Positions 7,284 to 15,795 of a DNA stretch of 64,000 bases are shown here, one piece after another. The DNA comes from an uncultured Alphaproteobacteria bacterium (GTDB lineage Bacteria; Pseudomonadota; Alphaproteobacteria; Rs-D84), in contig CAJGDG010000002.1 in NCBI GenBank assembly GCA_904502095.1, positions 128-64,127 of the forward strand, in the 5' to 3' direction. Made by a program: the position numbers and the translations under genes. Within the stretch, counting starts at the first letter, position 1, and each line of letters opens with the position of its first letter. The notes beneath the pieces are model-generated. The model ran no database searches and was not told where the DNA came from. It worked only from the letters and a program-made list of their open reading frames with translations.

Positions 7284-9261
7284 TATCCATGATAAACGGT
7301 GGAAGAAATATAAAATAGATTTTGAAAAAATCGCCAATACGGCGGTTTCTGGCGTATACAAGAATTCTGAAGTGTCGATTGTTTTGGTCGATGATGATGA
7401 GATTAAGTCGATAAATCGTCAATATCGTGATATCGATAAACCGACAAATGTTCTGTCTTTTGAATTGGGCGATGATGTTCTGTTGGGGGATATTTATATA
7501 TCTTTGGATACTGTCGTGCGTGAAGCCCGCAATATGAATATTTCTGTGCACGACCATGTGGCGCATATGGTGGTGCATGGGGTGCTGCATCTGTTGGGAT
7601 ATGACCATATTACTGATGAAGAGGCCGCTGTTATGGAATTAAAAGAAACCAAGATTTTGAAAAAGATGAAAATAAAAAATCCATACGAAGAAGATGTAAT
7701 TGCCTGTGTTGATGGAGATTGTTGCCCAGGCGCTAAAACAATTGCGTGGTTAAAAAATATAAAAGTTCGTGAAAACGGATTTTTGCAATATTTGCTGTAC
7801 GGCGTATTTGGTGCTGTTGCGTCATTGGGGTTTGCGCCTTTTTATCAATGGTGGTGGACGCTGATTGGGGTTGCTGGTGCGTATTGGTTGACGGTGCGAA
7901 ACAAAAAGATTGGCGGTTTGTTGCACAGCTTTTTACGCGTGTTTCCGTTTGGGGCAATGTATGGGTTGGCTATGTTTTGGTGGGTCTTGCATTCTATTTA
8001 TGTTGCGCCAGAACTGGCGGCACAATATGCAATATGGACAGTACCCGGTGTGTTAGGATTGATGTTGGCAAGCGGGGTTATTTTTTCGTGGCCATTTGTC
8101 GCAATCGCAAATAAAAAAGCATCGCCTGCGTCACGAATATGGTTGTTCGCATGTGTCTGGGTGTTGGTTTTATGGATGCGCGAATGGGTGTTTACAGGGT
8201 TTCCGTGGAATCCAATTGCAAATATAATGATGCCATTTCCGGCGATTGCTAATTCTATGTCTGTTTGGGGGGCGTTGGGATTAAGTTTTGTGCTTGTTGG
8301 ATTAATTGCTGCTGTTGTTGAATTGTTGCGTAATATAAAAAGTAAATCTGTGTGGTGTGTTTTGTTGTTGTTCGTTGGGTTTGCTGTATACGGCGGATTT
8401 GCTGGTGTACATAATATGGCGTTGTCGGATAATGGGGCAGGTACAGATGCGACAATGTTGCGTATTGTTCAGCCTGCATCATCGCAATCACAAAAAGCAA
8501 CCCATAACAGAGCCGAAGCTTTACAACGTGCACAGTTTAACTTGAAATCATTAATGGATTTGGCAAGTGTTCCGGGTGAATATGATATTGTCATTATGCC
8601 TGAAACAACATATCCGTTTGTTGTTATGGATACAGATATTATTGATATGGCGATTGATTTGAAAAAGCCAGTTGTTTTTGGGGCAAATACAGTTGGCGCA
8701 GGTGGTGTTTATAATTCTATGGTGATTTCCTCGGAAAACGGCCGTATAGAAAGAATTTATAGCAAGTCGCATTTGGTCCCATTTGGCGAATATCGTCCAT
8801 TTGGTATATTGCCTGCGCCCGTTAATTTAGCGCGTGGAAATGGACCTGATTTGATTGGTGTCGAAGGTTTTGTTTTTGCGCCAGCTGTTTGTTATGAAAT
8901 TATATTTTCTGATTCATTGTTGCCGGAAAATTCAGGCGAAGTTCACGCGGTTGTAAATATTACAAATGACAACTGGTTTGGCAATACCCCTGGGGTTTAT
9001 CAGCATTTAGATATGGTGCGCAGATATGCGATTGAATCTGGTTTGCCTGTTGTGCGCGCTAATTATTCTGGTATCAGTGCATTTGTTGCGTCCGATGGTG
9101 AAATAATATCGTCTTTGCCCGTTGGTCAAGCTGGTGTGTTGGACGGTTTTGTTTGGGGGGCACATAAAACAATTTATCGCGCAATTGGTTTAAATATGTG
9201 GATGATAATTATATTAATTGTGTCGATTTTTGGTGTGCGTGCCTTTTCAAAAAAAGAATAA
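7267..9261 (+). CDS. ybeY/lnt: Fusion of endoribonuclease YbeY (N-terminal ~140 aa) and apolipoprotein N-acyltransferase Lnt
   Basis: YbeY zinc motif HMVVHGVLHLLGYDH, then polytopic Lnt with catalytic E (MPETT), K (KSHLVPFGEY) and C (VCYEIIF) in one uninterrupted frame. Start at MKVYVD with AGGGA SD. Confidence 0.85.
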   Translation: MKVYVDIHDKRWKKYKIDFEKIANTAVSGVYKNSEVSIVLVDDDEIKSINRQYRDIDKPTNVLSFELGDDVLLGDIYISLDTVVREARNMNISVHDHVAHMVVHGVLHLLGYDHITDEEAAVMELKETKILKKMKIKNPYEEDVIACVDGDCCPGAKTIAWLKNIKVRENGFLQYLLYGVFGAVASLGFAPFYQWWWTLIGVAGAYWLTVRNKKIGGLLHSFLRVFPFGAMYGLAMFWWVLHSIYVAPELAAQYAIWTVPGVLGLMLASGVIFSWPFVAIANKKASPASRIWLFACVWVLVLWMREWVFTGFPWNPIANIMMPFPAIANSMSVWGALGLSFVLVGLIAAVVELLRNIKSKSVWCVLLLFVGFAVYGGFAGVHNMALSDNGAGTDATMLRIVQPASSQSQKATHNRAEALQRAQFNLKSLMDLASVPGEYDIVIMPETTYPFVVMDTDIIDMAIDLKKPVVFGANTVGAGGVYNSMVISSENGRIERIYSKSHLVPFGEYRPFGILPAPVNLARGNGPDLIGVEGFVFAPAVCYEIIFSDSLLPENSGEVHAVVNITNDNWFGNTPGVYQHLDMVRRYAIESGLPVVRANYSGISAFVASDGEIISSLPVGQAGVLDGFVWGAHKTIYRAIGLNMWMIIILIVSIFGVRAFSKKE

Positions 9262-9264
9262 ATT

Positions 9265-9471
9265 TTATTTTTTTAGGGCTTGTTGTAAAATCCAAACGCG
9301 TATTGTGGATGATAAATTGCGATTGCCAGGACACGTGGAATCTATTTCATTTATAATCGATGCAATCGAACGATTCTGCTGTATAGCAAGTTTTTTCAGT
9401 TCGTTTATAAATTCGGTTTCCAATGTAATACTGGTTTGGTGTCCCGATAAAGATACAGATATTTTTTTCAT
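9265..9471 (-). CDS. Ribbon-helix-helix protein (PF13467/RHH_4-like)
   Basis: ISVSLSGHQTSITLETEFINELKKLA...NLSSTIRVWIL matches the S.rL.GH.TS..LE..FW..L...A......NLSSA.R pattern. Confidence 0.7.
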   Translation of the reverse strand: MKKISVSLSGHQTSITLETEFINELKKLAIQQNRSIASIINEIDSTCPGNRNLSSTIRVWILQQALKK

Positions 9472-9472
9472 T

Positions 9473-9907
9473 TTAAATTCTTCCTGATACAAGACAATCT
9501 GATAACGCTTTGTATGGGTCGTCATATCGACGCATTGGTGTCAGATTTAAATTGTCCAACATATAAAATGTGCCGAATGCATCAAATGCAAACCAGAACA
9601 AATCGTTTCTGCCAAAGATTGTTTTTCCAAGCGTTTTTCCAAATGGTGCAATGTCGTCGTTTATTTTTAATATGCTGGGAATTGGATATGTGCTGTCCCG
9701 CATAATTTCATTTGGACCAAATATATACGATGTATCCAAATTAATCGCGCCAACATTTTTATAAAGTTCAAGTATTACATGGGGCAACATAGCATATCTG
9801 CGTTGTTGCAATGCGCCGTTCAGCAGGCTTATCTGATTTGATGCCGCCGGGGGGAATAATTGCGCCCCGCGTGATTTTGCAAAAGATAAAAATTCTTCAA
9901 GAGTCAT
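9473..9907 (-). CDS. SMI1/KNR4 (SUKH)-like protein
   Basis: MLPHVILELYKNVGAINLD resembles the LP.d...ly...nG core of SUKH domains; 144 aa; AGAGG SD. Assignment is by eye only. Confidence 0.4.
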   Translation of the reverse strand: MTLEEFLSFAKSRGAQLFPPAASNQISLLNGALQQRRYAMLPHVILELYKNVGAINLDTSYIFGPNEIMRDSTYPIPSILKINDDIAPFGKTLGKTIFGRNDLFWFAFDAFGTFYMLDNLNLTPMRRYDDPYKALSDCLVSGRI

Positions 9908-9931
9908 AATTTTTGCCTCTGCTTTGTGTTT

Positions 9932-10438
9932 TTAAAAATCACGGTCTGCAACTATTTGTGATGCAGCAGTTTCTGTTAGTCTGTCTTCGGTTCCATTGCC
10001 ACCCGGACCGCCACCAAGTGTACTGATTGGCAGATATACTTTCTTGGCAGGGTTCGGCAGCCATATTATGCTGTTGCCACTTTGTGCTATTATAAACCTG
10101 TCAAGATTGTAAGAGTGTGGAAATGTTTTGCACATGAACATATTATCAATAGATAATTCGCCGCCCCATACAAGCGGTATCCGCAGGCGTATAGAAAAGT
10201 TTTCTGGTATTTTTTTTCCCATAATCATATTCATAAAATCATCTTGGGGCATACCTTGGATTGCAAAGGTGTCGACAGAATCTGTTAATGACATCATAAA
10301 TTCTTTGCATAACTTTTTGTATTGAACAAACCAATCGGCTGATACTGTTGTTGGTTTGGGTTCGTATTCGATAATGGGCATATCTTTGATGCCCAGTTCA
10401 ATAAGTTTTTTTTCTGCGATGCTGGAATTCATGTTCAT
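9932..10438 (-). CDS. Hypothetical protein with a degenerate HNH/His-Me-finger-like motif
   Basis: IRLRIPLVWGGELSIDNMFMCKTFPHSYN parallels the HNH pattern H.IP...GG.....N....C..CH but lacks the first His. The ATG overlaps the upstream stop (TGATG). Confidence 0.35.
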   Translation of the reverse strand: MNMNSSIAEKKLIELGIKDMPIIEYEPKPTTVSADWFVQYKKLCKEFMMSLTDSVDTFAIQGMPQDDFMNMIMGKKIPENFSIRLRIPLVWGGELSIDNMFMCKTFPHSYNLDRFIIAQSGNSIIWLPNPAKKVYLPISTLGGGPGGNGTEDRLTETAASQIVADRDF

Positions 10439-11334
10439 CAAAATGTTCCCAAATGCTTTATTACAGTTGATATGTAATTAGAATATGCTTCAAACCCTTC
10501 GCCGTCTGGATCGTCTTCGTCTGGTGTGTTGCGGTGGTCTTGCATATAATCGCGCAAATCGTCTATTGTTTTAAACAGCATTATGTCTGATGATTTTGGC
10601 GCATCTGCATCAGTTGCGTTTACCACAAAACCGTGTGTGTTGATTTCGATGTCTTCCAGCGTGTCGCGAAAAATGGCCGAAAACGCATCTATTATTCCTT
10701 GGACCGCATTGGTTCCAACTTCAACCGCGCCAACCCATAAAGTTGTGTTGTTGCCAATTGCAATCAAAGCGGGGCAAAAAGCGCCAATGTTTGTCGGTTC
10801 TTTGATTGTGTACCCAGCATCTTGGAATATCTGGGTTATTTCTGGATAGTCTTGGACGATGGTTGAATCTGTGATTTCTATTCTTTCGGATTGTGGTTTG
10901 TTGTGTGTGTAGGTGGTGCCGACAACGGGCGCAGGCGGAATGTCTGCGCTGTAATCAATAGAACCACGATTGTTCGTTATAATTGGTGGACGTGCAGACT
11001 CGCTGATGCTTGGTGTTGTGACAACCGGTGTTTCAGGTTGTGATGTTTCGGGTTGCTTTTTTTGTTTGTGTTTTTTTATCAATTTTATTCTGCGCAGATT
11101 TGGACGAATTAAAACATACAGACCCAAAATTATAAACGAAAATCCAATAATCAATGATACATAGAATATTGTTTTTACCGGTTGTTGGGACGCCTGCATA
11201 TATGCCAGATGACGCCAATGTGCAGCCGACAACAAATTAAACCCAAAATTTATGTTAAGCCAAAAGCACAACGCAAGGGTTGAAACTGTTGTCCATAAGA
11301 TTCCCAGTAAAAATTTGTTAAATTTTTCATTCAT
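10438..11334 (-). CDS. Membrane protein: two N-terminal TM helices, Pro/Thr-rich linker, ~150-aa C-terminal alpha/beta domain
   Basis: TM segments LLGILWTTVSTLALCFWL and IFYVSLIIGFSFIILGLYVLI; linker QPETSQPETPVVTTPS; first gene of a four-gene minus-strand operon. Confidence 0.6.
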   Translation of the reverse strand: MNEKFNKFLLGILWTTVSTLALCFWLNINFGFNLLSAAHWRHLAYMQASQQPVKTIFYVSLIIGFSFIILGLYVLIRPNLRRIKLIKKHKQKKQPETSQPETPVVTTPSISESARPPIITNNRGSIDYSADIPPAPVVGTTYTHNKPQSERIEITDSTIVQDYPEITQIFQDAGYTIKEPTNIGAFCPALIAIGNNTTLWVGAVEVGTNAVQGIIDAFSAIFRDTLEDIEINTHGFVVNATDADAPKSSDIMLFKTIDDLRDYMQDHRNTPDEDDPDGEGFEAYSNYISTVIKHLGTF

Positions 11335-11344
11335 TATGATTTTT

Positions 11345-11353
11345 ATTGTATCA
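11345..11353 (-). promoter_or_regulatory. Extended -10 element TGATACAAT (minus strand)
   Basis: The reverse complement of ATTGTATCA lies only 10 nt upstream of the ATG at 11334. Confidence 0.4.
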
Positions 11354-11359
11354 TATTTA

Positions 11360-11368
11360 TGATAAAGT
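11360..11368 (+). promoter_or_regulatory. Extended -10 element TGATAAAGT
   Basis: TTTATGATAAAGT lies 10 nt upstream of the ATG at 11379. Confidence 0.4.
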
Positions 11369-11378
11369 AAAAAGTACT

Positions 11379-12053
11379 ATGATTAATAAAAACGACTTTT
11401 TGAATAATTTGCACGGGAATGTGGCTTTGTGGTGTGGTGCTGATGCCGATTCGGGCGATTTGGCACGCGTTGCGGAGACTGTTATACAAAAGAAAATAAA
11501 GTTGTTGTCCGTTGCGCCGAATGCTATACATGTTGTCTGGCCGTGGGTCGAAAATATAAATACAAAAATAATTACCAGATTTTATTTCGCAGATAAAAAA
11601 ATAACAGAAGCGGAAATTTCGCAGATTACAGAGAATATAAATACCGCGTTTAAGCAGGGGGCGTATGGGGCTCAGGTTTTTTTGCAATATGTGGCTTTGC
11701 ACGATTTGGTTGCTCAAACACATGTTATCAGGGGCGACTTGTTTTTTAACAAGGATTTAACAATTGGTCTGGATATAAACGAAATCGATTCGTGTGATTG
11801 GGAAAGTTTGTTTGAAAATTTGCGAAAAATAAATGCGTCTGCTTTGCTGTTGGTTTTATCAAAAGATGCGGGGGACAGGTCTGATTTTGTCGGACGGATT
11901 TACGGTATGTTGGATAATTGGAATCCGGAAAATAAGTTTGATTTGCATTTCGCTTTTGGCCCTAATTTCCAGCGTATAGAGCAGACAAAACGATTGATTA
12001 ATGCGCTGCGTCCAGAATTAATAAAAGGTATGAAATTTTTTATTAATTTCTAG
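11379..12053 (+). CDS. Hypothetical protein (224 aa)
   Basis: Long ORF with no motif recognised. The start was chosen as the first ATG after the promoter-like element; an upstream TTG at 11346 is possible. Confidence 0.5.
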   Translation: MINKNDFLNNLHGNVALWCGADADSGDLARVAETVIQKKIKLLSVAPNAIHVVWPWVENINTKIITRFYFADKKITEAEISQITENINTAFKQGAYGAQVFLQYVALHDLVAQTHVIRGDLFFNKDLTIGLDINEIDSCDWESLFENLRKINASALLLVLSKDAGDRSDFVGRIYGMLDNWNPENKFDLHFAFGPNFQRIEQTKRLINALRPELIKGMKFFINF

Positions 12054-12670
12054 TTATGTAAAACCAGATATTTTGGTGCGGTTGTACCCGCTTTGTTTTT
12101 ATGCTGATAACGTGTTTGTATGATTTCCATTTCTGGAATTATAGCAGACAGGTTGGTTTGTTTTAGTTGTTCCAGAATCCAATCAAAATATTCCCAGTGG
12201 TCTGTGCCGATAATAATTTCGCCGTTATCGGTTAAATATTGCGATAAAGTATTTAAAAAATCTGCAGATAACAAGCGGCGTTTTTCATGTCTGGCTTTTG
12301 GCCATGGGTCGGGATGTAAGACCCAGATTTGTTCAAATTTCGAATCGGTTTTACGCAAGAAGTCACGAACATCATCTGCCCAAATTCGGATGTTTTTATA
12401 TTCGTCCAAAACAAGGTTGTTTTTTTCGTCTGTTATTGCAGACAGCAAACTTGCCACGCCGTTCATAAAGGGTTCGGCGCCAATGATGATTTTTTCTGGG
12501 TGTGTCGCGGCCAATTCGCGCACATGTTCGCCGGCACCAAAGCCGATTTCCAGTATGTCGCCACCTGTTGGCTTTAATGTGGGCAATACTTCGTCAATCA
12601 ATGTTTGTTGACGGGTGGATAATTTTTTGCCGTGACGGCGACCAAATGTTCTTATTTCTTGTTTTTCCAT
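12050..12670 (-). CDS. trmB: tRNA (guanine46-N7)-methyltransferase
   Basis: SAM motif ILEIGFGAGEH and HPDPWPKARHEKRRL. Start set at MEKQEIRTFGRR. Confidence 0.88.
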   Translation of the reverse strand: MEKQEIRTFGRRHGKKLSTRQQTLIDEVLPTLKPTGGDILEIGFGAGEHVRELAATHPEKIIIGAEPFMNGVASLLSAITDEKNNLVLDEYKNIRIWADDVRDFLRKTDSKFEQIWVLHPDPWPKARHEKRRLLSADFLNTLSQYLTDNGEIIIGTDHWEYFDWILEQLKQTNLSAIIPEMEIIQTRYQHKNKAGTTAPKYLVLHN

Positions 12671-12718
12671 ATATTTAGTATAGAATTGACTTTGATAAAA
12701 CACAAGGAATATATAGAT

Positions 12719-13276
12719 ATGACCGAATTTCCAAAACGAATCGATTGTGGTGACTTTGAACTGGTTAAGCCAGAGGCAACTTTTGACAAGGCACAAGAAT
12801 TCTTTGATGTTGTGACAAAAAATAGGGATTTTTTATCACAATGGTTAGAGTGGGCGGATTATTATTCCAAACCAGAAGATGCATATAATTATCTGAAAAC
12901 CATAGAGCCATTGAACGAGCCCTCATATTTGATTCAAGTTGGGGGAAAAGTTGTTGGTGGTCATGGTTTTGTTGGTTTTGATGAAAGATTTAAAACAGCA
13001 GAGATTGGATATTGGTTGGCGCCAAACTTTGGTGGTCACGGATATGTCACACGCGGTATAAAATTTATAGAAGATTTTGCGTTTGGTAAATGTGGGATGA
13101 ACCGTGTTCAAATCAGGGTAGATGTAAATAATTTGAAATCACAGGCGGTTGCTGTTCGGGCAGGGTATAAGAAAGAAGGCGTTTTGCGTCAATCGTATAT
13201 TGTGCGCGGTGCGCCATGTGATGTTATCATGTATTCAAAGTTAAAAGCAGAGTGGGAAAAGGAAAAAGTAAAATGA
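12719..13276 (+). CDS. GNAT family N-acetyltransferase (RimJ/RimL-like)
   Basis: GYWLAPNFGGHGYVTRGIKFIEDFAF...NRVQIRVDVNNLKSQAVAVRAGYKKEG is a typical GNAT core. Confidence 0.75.
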   Translation: MTEFPKRIDCGDFELVKPEATFDKAQEFFDVVTKNRDFLSQWLEWADYYSKPEDAYNYLKTIEPLNEPSYLIQVGGKVVGGHGFVGFDERFKTAEIGYWLAPNFGGHGYVTRGIKFIEDFAFGKCGMNRVQIRVDVNNLKSQAVAVRAGYKKEGVLRQSYIVRGAPCDVIMYSKLKAEWEKEKVK

Positions 13277-14862
13277 GAAATGGTTTGTCAAAAGATTTAA
13301 TCGTACGCGTTTTGGGCGGCGCACCAAAATATACATTGGATGAATTAGAAGCAAAATTCCCAGCACGCAATTTGCCAGAAGGTGCAATGGTGACGCGTGT
13401 TGCACCAAGCCCGACTGGTTTTATGCATTTGGGTACATTGTATCAAATGATGATTGCAAAAAAATTAGCACAACAATCAGATGGTGTTTTTATGTTGCGT
13501 ATTGAAGATACTGATACAAAACGTGAAGTGCAGGGCGCAGTTGATGTTATTTTAAAATGTGCAGATGCGTTCGGGTTGCAACCAGACGAAGGCCCGACAT
13601 ATGGTGGCGAATATGGTTCTTATTATCAATCGCAACGCAAAGATATTTATCATTCTGTGGTGGCAGACTTGTTGGCGCGTGGATTGGCGTATCCTTGTTT
13701 CTTGTCAGCAGAAGATATGGAAAAAATTCGCGAAAATCAAAAGGCAGCAGGTTTTGCAACAGGTATCTATGGCGAATTTGCACGTGATAGGGATTTGACC
13801 GAAGAAGATATTATCGCACATTTAGATAATGGTGAAGTGCCATCGATTCGTTTGTATTCAATGGGCAATAAAGAAAATAAAATATTTTATAATGATAAGG
13901 TTCGTGGACGTTTGGCGTTCCCAGAAAACGAAGAAGATATTGTTTTGATTAAATCAAATGATGGGTTGCCAACATATCATTTTGCACATTTGTGTGATGA
14001 CCATTTTATGCATACGACATTGGTACAACGTGGTGAAGAGTGGTTGTCTTCATTAAATTTACATTTGCAATTATTCCGTATGATGGGATGGCAAAATCCA
14101 GAATATATCCATGTTGCAACAATTAACAAACTGGATGAACAAACTGGTAATTCGCGCAAACTGTCCAAACGTACAGACCCAGAAGCAAATACAATGCATT
14201 ATTTGACAGCTGGTTGGCCAATAGAAGCCGTATTGAATTACCTGTACAATATTGTTGCGTCTGGTTTTGAAGAAGAAAAAAATAAAAAGCCAGATACAAC
14301 TATTTGGAATTATCCATTAAGAGTAAAAAAAATTCCAACAAGCAGTGCGTTGTTTAATACTGATAAACTGGAATGGTGGGCGAAAGAATTTATTGGTTCG
14401 TTGCCGGTGCCAGAATTGGTTGCACGTGTGGTCGCATGGGCAAATGAATATGGAACGGATGTCAACAAAATGCAGGTGGCGGATGTTCAATATCTGACAG
14501 GCGTGTTGGGTATCGAACGCGATAATCCAAAGCGTGTGCGTAAAGACTTTATTACTTGGTCCCAGACATTGGAAAATGTTGCGTTCTTCTGGGATGAATT
14601 GTTTGTTCCAAATACAGAATATGAATTTAATAGGGACGTGTTGCATGAATTTTTGGTAACATATAACGAATCGGATGATAAAGACACTTGGTGGGCTAAA
14701 ATTGTAGCGGTTGCAGAAAAATGTGGTGTTAAAAATGGCGATGTTGCAATGAATCTGCGTGTTGCGTTATCTGGCCGTACAAATACCCCAGACTTGTATT
14801 CAATAATGACTGTTATGGGTGGTGAACGCGTAATTAAACGAATCGAGGGAGCGATAAAATGA
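13273..14862 (+). CDS. gltX: Glutamyl-tRNA synthetase
   Basis: Class I motifs PSPTGFMHLGT (HIGH-like) and KLSKR (KMSKS). ATGA overlap with the GNAT stop. Confidence 0.88.
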   Translation: MRNGLSKDLIVRVLGGAPKYTLDELEAKFPARNLPEGAMVTRVAPSPTGFMHLGTLYQMMIAKKLAQQSDGVFMLRIEDTDTKREVQGAVDVILKCADAFGLQPDEGPTYGGEYGSYYQSQRKDIYHSVVADLLARGLAYPCFLSAEDMEKIRENQKAAGFATGIYGEFARDRDLTEEDIIAHLDNGEVPSIRLYSMGNKENKIFYNDKVRGRLAFPENEEDIVLIKSNDGLPTYHFAHLCDDHFMHTTLVQRGEEWLSSLNLHLQLFRMMGWQNPEYIHVATINKLDEQTGNSRKLSKRTDPEANTMHYLTAGWPIEAVLNYLYNIVASGFEEEKNKKPDTTIWNYPLRVKKIPTSSALFNTDKLEWWAKEFIGSLPVPELVARVVAWANEYGTDVNKMQVADVQYLTGVLGIERDNPKRVRKDFITWSQTLENVAFFWDELFVPNTEYEFNRDVLHEFLVTYNESDDKDTWWAKIVAVAEKCGVKNGDVAMNLRVALSGRTNTPDLYSIMTVMGGERVIKRIEGAIK

Positions 14863-15596
14863 CCAAGGAAAAAAGAGCCAGAATCAAGGCCGTAAAAAAA
14901 GACGAGCATGGTTCAAAGTTGTTAAAGGTTTTGCGTGCAACAGGGTTGTTCCGTTGGGAAAAGCCAAGTACCAAAGCAGAAGAATCGGTTAATATTTTAA
15001 CACAGGGTATTGGTATCGGGTTGGCGGTCGCAGCGTTAACATTATTGGTTGTGTTTGCGGGGCTGAAAGGTGACCCATGGGCAATCGTTTCGTGTGCGAT
15101 TTTTGGCGTGACGATGATAACTTTGTATTTTGGTTCAACAATGTGTCATGCAACAATCGGTAAAAAGCACGAGTGTTTCTTTGAAGTTTGGGACAGCGTC
15201 GCAATTTATGCCCTGATTGCAGGAACCTATACGCCGTTTTTGTTAGTAAATCTGCGTGGTTTTATTGGCTGGACTGTGTTTGCGATTTTGTGGGGAATTG
15301 TATTGTTTGGTTCTTATATGAAAATTCGCAATCCAAAACAACAGCCAAAATGGATGGTGGCATTATATGTTGCGATGGGGTGGACGCTGTTATTTATTTT
15401 GCCGGCAATGATTCGTAATATTCCAGTTCGTGGTCTGTGGTTTATCTTAGCCGGTGGGCTGGCGTATACAATCGGTGTAATATTTTATCTGTGGCGCAGG
15501 ATGAAGTTTTCACACGCGGTATGGCATTTATTCGTAATTGGCGGCAGTGTGTGTTTCTTTTTTGCTGTTTTGTTTGGTTGTATTTTTGATAAATGA
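14859..15596 (+). CDS. Hemolysin III / PAQR family membrane protein
   Basis: Seven predicted TM helices; C-terminal HAVWHLFVIGGSVCFF signature; ATGA overlap with the gltX stop. Confidence 0.8.
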   Translation: MTKEKRARIKAVKKDEHGSKLLKVLRATGLFRWEKPSTKAEESVNILTQGIGIGLAVAALTLLVVFAGLKGDPWAIVSCAIFGVTMITLYFGSTMCHATIGKKHECFFEVWDSVAIYALIAGTYTPFLLVNLRGFIGWTVFAILWGIVLFGSYMKIRNPKQQPKWMVALYVAMGWTLLFILPAMIRNIPVRGLWFILAGGLAYTIGVIFYLWRRMKFSHAVWHLFVIGGSVCFFFAVLFGCIFDK

Positions 15597-15600
15597 CAAG

Positions 15601-15625
15601 AAATCCGCCGTATGGCGGGTTTTTG
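15601..15625 (+). terminator. Rho-independent terminator
   Basis: AAATCCGCC-GTAT-GGCGGGTTTTTG directly after the stop at 15596. Confidence 0.75.
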
Positions 15626-15654
15626 TTGACTTTTATCTCATGTGGTAATACTAT
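15626..15654 (+). promoter_or_regulatory. Sigma70-type promoter TTGACT-17-TACTAT
   Basis: TTGACT (15626-15631), a 17-nt spacer, TACTAT (15649-15654). The leader ATG lies 7 nt downstream. Confidence 0.6.
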
Positions 15655-15661
15655 ATAAATC

Positions 15662-15718
15662 ATGAATTTGTTTAAAATTATCTTTACTACAACTACTACA
15701 ACCCCTTTGGGGGTGTAA
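15662..15718 (+). CDS. Candidate thrS leader peptide MNLFKIIFTTTTTTPLGV (18 codons, six consecutive Thr)
   Basis: ATG AAT TTG TTT AAA ATT ATC TTT ACT ACA ACT ACT ACA ACC CCT TTG GGG GTG TAA. The ORF lies 77 nt upstream of thrS. The last Thr codons form the left arm of the hairpin ACAACCCC-TTT-GGGGGTGT. Confidence 0.55.
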   Translation: MNLFKIIFTTTTTTPLGV

Positions 15719-15795
15719 TTTCTATTGCGGTGGTCCGCACAAATTTCTATAATAAATCAGTTAAAAAAATAAATAAAAAGTAAAGGTATTTTATT

